Source: Salpingoeca rosetta (lineage: Eukaryota; Protista; Choanoflagellata). From it: a stretch of 64,000 bases of DNA. The notes beneath the pieces are model-generated. The model was not told the origin of the DNA. It made no database searches and saw only the letters and a program-made list of their open reading frames with translations. The translations under genes and the position numbers were made by a program. Positions 21,266 to 64,000 of this stretch are shown here, one piece after another; position 1 is the stretch's first letter; each line of letters starts with the position of its first letter. The stretch is from positions 1,127,577-1,191,576 of the forward strand of contig JAWQFM010000012.1 in NCBI GenBank assembly GCA_033442325.1, written 5' to 3'.

Positions 21266-22805
21266 CAACACCCCCTTCGTTCCCTCCTTGTCACGTACCC
21301 GACATCTGCTGGGCTGGGTGGAAAGATCACCACACAGTCAATCAAGGGAGAAGTGTGTGCGTGTGTGTGTTGGCGTTTGCCGGAGACGGAGGCAAGCAGT
21401 CAATGCCAATAGGGGTGATGCGCTGGAGGTTGAGATAAGTTGGTCCAATCCAAGCTTCAAAGCGATAACAAGGGAATCTGAAATGATTCTAAGAGCGTGT
21501 GGTTGTAGGTTGTTGGTTGTTGGTTGTGGGCAAGTGTGGTTGTTCGTTGGGCAAGGAGGGCAAACAAGCCAAGCAATCAAAACAGCGCAAGACGTCTGTG
21601 AGAGAACGGTCGATGATCAGAAATGCCACAACAAGCTCATGGTTGCTGCTGGTTTCCACATCACCGCAATATCCTTCACCGACCCCCCCCCCCCCTCTGC
21701 TTTGCCGCCGCCGCTGCTGCTGCATTCGTTCCGGGCCTATCCGTCACCGCCCGTGTCACCATCACCGCGCTCCCACCATCATCAACCACGCCCCAGCAAA
21801 GATAGAAGAAGCACAAAAGCGGCGCTTGGCTGTCGAGGAACACCACAGCCAAAATCAAACGCAACGCAACAATGGTGTCGACGAGGAAGGCCACATGCAC
21901 GCACAAGCACGTACGCACGTCAACACACAAGCAACGAACACCACCACGAGCGCCCCATTTTTGTGGTGACTTCCGTTGTCCTTCATCCAATCAATCAATC
22001 AATCAAGCAAGCAAGCACACCGTCGTGTTCTTTTCACGTCACCACGCACCGCCTCCGCATATAGCTGATGATGCACACATACACATACGCGCGCATGCAC
22101 GCGCACGAACACACCCGCACGCACACCACTTGGGTGTCCAACAAGAGCACGCACCATCCATCCATATCCATTCGCCTTTCCTTCTCTCGCATTTCTCCCA
22201 TTCATCGTCAGCCTCGCCCTCTCTCCTCTCCTTGCCTGCTGTTTCGGCCACGACAGGCAGCAAGCAAGCAAGCAACAACAACTCACCAGCCAGCGGTGCA
22301 GCAAAAAAAAAATGTCAGCCAGCCTCGTTCGGCTATTCTTGGAAATCTTACACGAACCGCGACACAACCGCACTTTGTGCTGTTTAGGAGAAGTTTGTGT
22401 GGTATTTCGTGGTATATGTGAGTTTGCCAACCTCAGCCATGGATGGTGGTGGGTCATTCCTGCACATCAACGTGAGCAAGGACCACCATTGCCACTGCAC
22501 CTCGGCACTTCCTTGTGAGGCGTTTTGCTGTGTGTTTTGATGTGAAAGTTGTGTTTTGTTGGGCGCGTACGTGTTGTGCGGGCTTGTGTTGGGAAAGGGG
22601 TGCGATCTCCTCTCCTCCTCTCGCTGTCCGATGGACATGCGCATTTGCGTCTTTTCTTTTTCCAAAACAAGGCTGATTGGAGATCCACTGTGCTACTGTG
22701 AGTTGCACCAAAGCACCACCCACCAAGCAGACGACGCCAACCAACCAAGCAGACCATACCGTACCTCCTCCCTCAGCTGGCTGAGATCGTCGCATCAGCA
22801 GCAGC

Positions 22806-50820
<28,015 letters not shown>

Positions 50821-51767
50821 GACAAAGTGTGGTCGTGTGTGTGTGTGTGTGTGTGTGCAGGTGTGTGTTGGGTTTGGGCTTGTGTTTTGGGTGTGAGTGC
50901 CTTGTGTGTGTATGTGAGTGTGTGCGGGTGTGTCAATGTGTCCGAGTGTGTGCGTGGAGTGTTACTTACGAGACGTTGATGTGGAGCAATTGCGTTGTGT
51001 GGCGTTTCTCGTGATTGCGGTGAGGTGAGGAATGTGCGCGTTTTTTTTTTTTTTTGTTTGCCGAGTGCTTGTGTTGGCGACTAGCAGTAACGTGAGGGTA
51101 TGCACTTGAAGGAGAGGCAGTTCCCTGCGCCTTTTGGCAACTGTTCTTCTGTTTTCTTGTGACTGTGCAATACAAAGAAAGGCTGAACGAGGGACATCAT
51201 GTTGATGTGGTGAGAATGTGTGAGCGTGTGCATGTGCTTGTGAGTAAGTGAGAATGAGTGTGTGAGTGTGCATGTCCTTGTGAGTAAGTGAGAATGAGAG
51301 AGAGAGAGTATGTGTGCGTGTGTGTGCGCGCGTGTTTCGTTACTCACATCCCGTTTATAGTTCATTTCATGTCACAATCACATCATGTGTCACCGCGTAT
51401 CAAGCGACATTTTAATGGGCGAAAGCTAACGACAACAGCAAACCGCCAAGCGGGCGTTTGAGAGCGCGTCAGGCAAGGCACGTGTAACAAAACCAAACAG
51501 GCAAGCAGCAGGCAATAGGCAAGCAAAGCGGGTAAGAAAAGCGCTGGATTCCAAAACCAAAACAGCGGCGCACCTAACGACGTGTGAAGGCCAAATGAAG
51601 ACAACTAACGCAATGCAACATTCTCAACCCTCACCACCACCACCAAACCAACCACCACCACCACCACCACCAAACCAACCACCACCACCTCCACCACCAC
51701 CCCAAACAACAACAACGCCACCACCACCACCACCACCACCACCGCTCTCAGATGATTATCACCATGG

Positions 51768-53954
<2,187 letters not shown>

Positions 53955-54108
53955 GATCGCAGCCGCTGTTTGCGTTTGCGAATGTGCTGAGGGGGTGCGC
54001 GATGGCGTGTTAATGCTCCGCAGCGTCCACGCCAGTGCGAGTGTTGTTGGAAATCTTTCGCAAATCACCATCAACCAACCACCCAAGACAAGAAGCCAGG
54101 CAGCGACG
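53955..54108. promoter_or_regulatory. 154-bp spacer between divergent MFS and SPT3 start codons
   Basis: ATG(-) at 53954 and ATG(+) at 54109. Confidence 0.55.
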
Positions 54109-57799
<3,691 letters not shown>

Positions 57800-57876
57800 C
57801 TGTAATAAACGAACCAACAGCGTCATGTGTAACCTTGAACTAAACAACAGCCTCTGCTAGCACCAGCGCAAACGAG

Positions 57877-57951
<75 letters not shown>

Positions 57952-57960
57952 ACACACACA

Positions 57961-58060
57961 NNNNNNNNNNNNNNNNNNNNNNNNNNNNNNNNNNNNNNNN
58001 NNNNNNNNNNNNNNNNNNNNNNNNNNNNNNNNNNNNNNNNNNNNNNNNNNNNNNNNNNNN
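57961..58060. other. Assembly gap (100 N) within a CA repeat
   Basis: Run of 100 N. Confidence 1.
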
Positions 58061-58066
58061 CACACG

Positions 58067-58141
<75 letters not shown>

Positions 58142-58191
58142 CACACACACACAGAGCACACACAATTCATACAACACGCACACATCATGCG

Positions 58192-59403
58192 TTAGTCCTT
58201 GTCGCGAACATCGTGTGGATCGAGCTGCAAGTTGTGGTCTGCGTCCAAGACTGCAAACTGCCGGTGGCACGCGCGCACGTCTTCGTGCGTGATCTTGTTC
58301 ATGCGGAGGAGAAGGCGAAGCGTAAACTCCTCGCGGGTGATGAACGGGCGGCTCGCATTGCGGTTTGCAAACATGACATCGTTCAGGTCTTGTCGCGCCA
58401 AATGACTGCCGTGTTGGTGCAGCACCTGCAATGGGAGGGTGGCTGTTGATAAACAAGGGGTACAGCGACTCGAAAAGGGGCACGGGGTTCTCGCTGAGAT
58501 CAGGCTCCGAACGCCACAACGAGTACATTCACACACACACACACACACACCACCACCACCACCACCACCACCACCACCAGCAGCACACACACACACACAC
58601 ACCACACCACACCACACCACACCACACTGACTTGGCTCTGGAGCCGTCGCTGCCTGTACGCGATGGGAAACGAGGCGATGGTTGCGAGCGCCTGCGCAAA
58701 CGCCGCTGTCGCGAAAATGCTGTACAGTGCAACGATGACCTTGCCCGCAGTTGTGTGTACCCGCACATCGCCATATCCAACCGTGGTCACTGATGAAAGG
58801 GCAACAACAGCACGAACAATGAGAAACAGGTCGAACGCGTGCTCTCTTGGATAGTGGCACGCACGACCTCAACCGATTGACAAAAACGTTGGCTGGCCAC
58901 GCAAAGACCATTCGTGTGCACAGGTGCCCAACACCACTGTATTCTGCAATGACCTTATTGCTTGCAAGCAAGAAGCGCCACACATGTGCTCGTGTGCGCA
59001 CCTCACAGAGCAGCTTCAGATCAACTGCTCAATGCACGCATACACACATGAGAGCGCACCGACTGACCGGAGACGGAGGCAAAATAGAGTGCATCGGCAA
59101 AGGACGATTGTGGATTGTCGAGGGAGATGATGACCATGCCAATGCCTATCGTCAGCAGCATGATGAGGGCAGCCTGTGAAGGGAACACCAAGAGACAGAA
59201 TGCAGACGCATGTGTTGCGGAAGAAGATTAGCGGGGAGACAGCAAGCGACGTGGCGGTGTCACACATTTCCAGAGGATACATACACATCCTCGATCGCAA
59301 GATCGCACACACGCAAAACACACACGCTTTTCACACAGTTCACACACTCACACACACTTCACACACTCACACACACACACTTCACACACACACACACTTC
59401 ACA

Positions 59404-59436
<33 letters not shown>

Positions 59437-59800
59437 TCGCACACACACTTCACACACACACACACACACTTCACTCACACTTCACTCACATGTACACTGC
59501 ACGCACCTTGATGACGGGCCGCAGTTCGGTGCAGATGCGTCTGATGGGCGGTTGTTCGGTGTCTGCGCAGTCGCGGATAACGCTGGCTGGCTCGAAGAGC
59601 TCGAGCTCTGCCCTGGCAAGTTGCTCCTTGGTTTGGTGGTGCTGCACCTCGTGCAGTTCCACCACCACGACGCCCACGCAGTACCCGACAACGATCACCC
59701 CAAATAGAATAAACACGCTCGTGAACAGCTTCGACTTTTGTTGCTCTGGATGCACATCTCCATAGCCAACCTGGCAAGGTGAGTGGCATTGTGTAGGTGT

Positions 59801-59879
<79 letters not shown>

Positions 59880-60544
59880 AGAGTTTGGGTTTGTGAAGTG
59901 GGGCGTAATGGCCATCTGTTGGTGGGAGAGTGCATGGAGCTCCTCTGCTCCCAGCAATCTGAAGCAATAACGCATCACACCATAGCTCAACCAACCCCCG
60001 TCACCTCCTCTCAAAGACCCACCATCTTCCTCCTTTAATGGCTTACGGTGGAAAGGGTGACGGTGGTGAAGTAGAAGGCGTCCACAAAGGCGCGAGTTAC
60101 GGCGCCGTCAATAACGAGGGAGTTGTCGGTCGCCACGTAGAAGACGCATCCCAGGACCAAGTACACGAGGACGAGGAACACGCCCACCCACACCAGCGTT
60201 GCGTCCGCATACAAGCCGAGCGACTTGAGCTCTCGCCGCGTCTCTGAAGCAGCTGCTGCACGGCTGGAAGCGGAGCTGTCGCTGCTCTCGTTACGGGAAT
60301 ACCAGCTGGCACCCACCGTTGACCGTGCTCTGGACGCCGTGGAGGTTGAGGATGACAACAGCAATGGTTCATCGACGTCATCCTCGCTCAGCAGCCCATC
60401 TCCGCCATCGTCGACCTCATCATCGTCGCTTTCCTCTACATCATATGCTCCCTCTTCATCCAAGCTCCTTCCTCTCCCCAGCCACACCGTGTCATCGTCG
60501 CCACTGCACGATGATGGTGGCAGCGAGAGTGTGGGTTGCTGCAT
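58192..60544 (-). CDS. Two-pore-domain K+ channel with C-terminal EF-hand, plant TPK/KCO-like (~419 aa)
   Basis: Exons 60544-60047, 59770-59507, 59173-59068, 58789-58632, 58425-58192. Pore 1 DAFYFTTVTLSTVGYGD; pore 2 DALYFASVSVTTVGYGD; four TM helices; C-terminus ITREEFTLRLL..MNKI...QFAVLDADHNLQLDPHD. Confidence 0.9.
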
Positions 60545-60648
60545 TGTTTGTCTCTCTGTTGTGTGATGATTGGTGGTCCTTCCTGTTCCTGCCGTTTTTC
60601 TTGTTTCCTGCCACTTTTTCAAGATCCAAGACGCGAACCAACACAACA
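60545..60648. promoter_or_regulatory. 104-bp spacer between divergent K+ channel and FERM gene start codons
   Basis: ATG(-) at 60544 and ATG(+) at 60649. Confidence 0.55.

Positions 60649-64000
<3,352 letters not shown>

Noticed and set aside
20888-22064. Long K/E/Q-rich ORFs (e.g. 20976-22064, 362 aa)
   Set aside because: They originate in the GAA/CAA repeat tract and have no protein-like content or convincing exon structure.

Overview
Eukaryotic, intron-rich, GC-rich genomic DNA with (CA)n/(GT)n microsatellite-filled GT-AG introns and three 100-N assembly gaps. The style and gene content (animal-like DHX40, LRRC59, CDC42SE and FRMD8 alongside histidine biosynthesis) suggest a choanoflagellate such as Salpingoeca; this is an inference. 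I reconstruct 11 spliced genes by hand: DHX40-like helicase (-, runs off the left end), LRRC59-like (+), a 132-aa orphan (+), a Golgi-type sulfotransferase (-), ATP phosphoribosyltransferase (+), CDC42 small effector (-), a giant ~8,670-aa protein (+), an SLC49/MFSD7-like transporter (-), Spt3 with an AT-hook IDR (+), a plant-TPK-like two-pore K+ channel (-) and a FRMD8-like FERM protein (+, runs off the right end). The standout is the giant gene (22806-50820). It has nine small exons plus one 24.4-kb exon and encodes a midasin-type six-AAA+ ring, a long helical linker, Ig-like repeats, a U-box E3 ligase domain and three tandem vWA domains. It looks like a midasin derivative that has converged on an RNF213-like AAA+/E3 architecture. 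Two window-wide patterns also stand out: ~100-150 bp head-to-head gene spacers, and introns polarised (GT)n at the 5' end and (CA)n at the 3' end. All family assignments are from motif recognition, not database searches.
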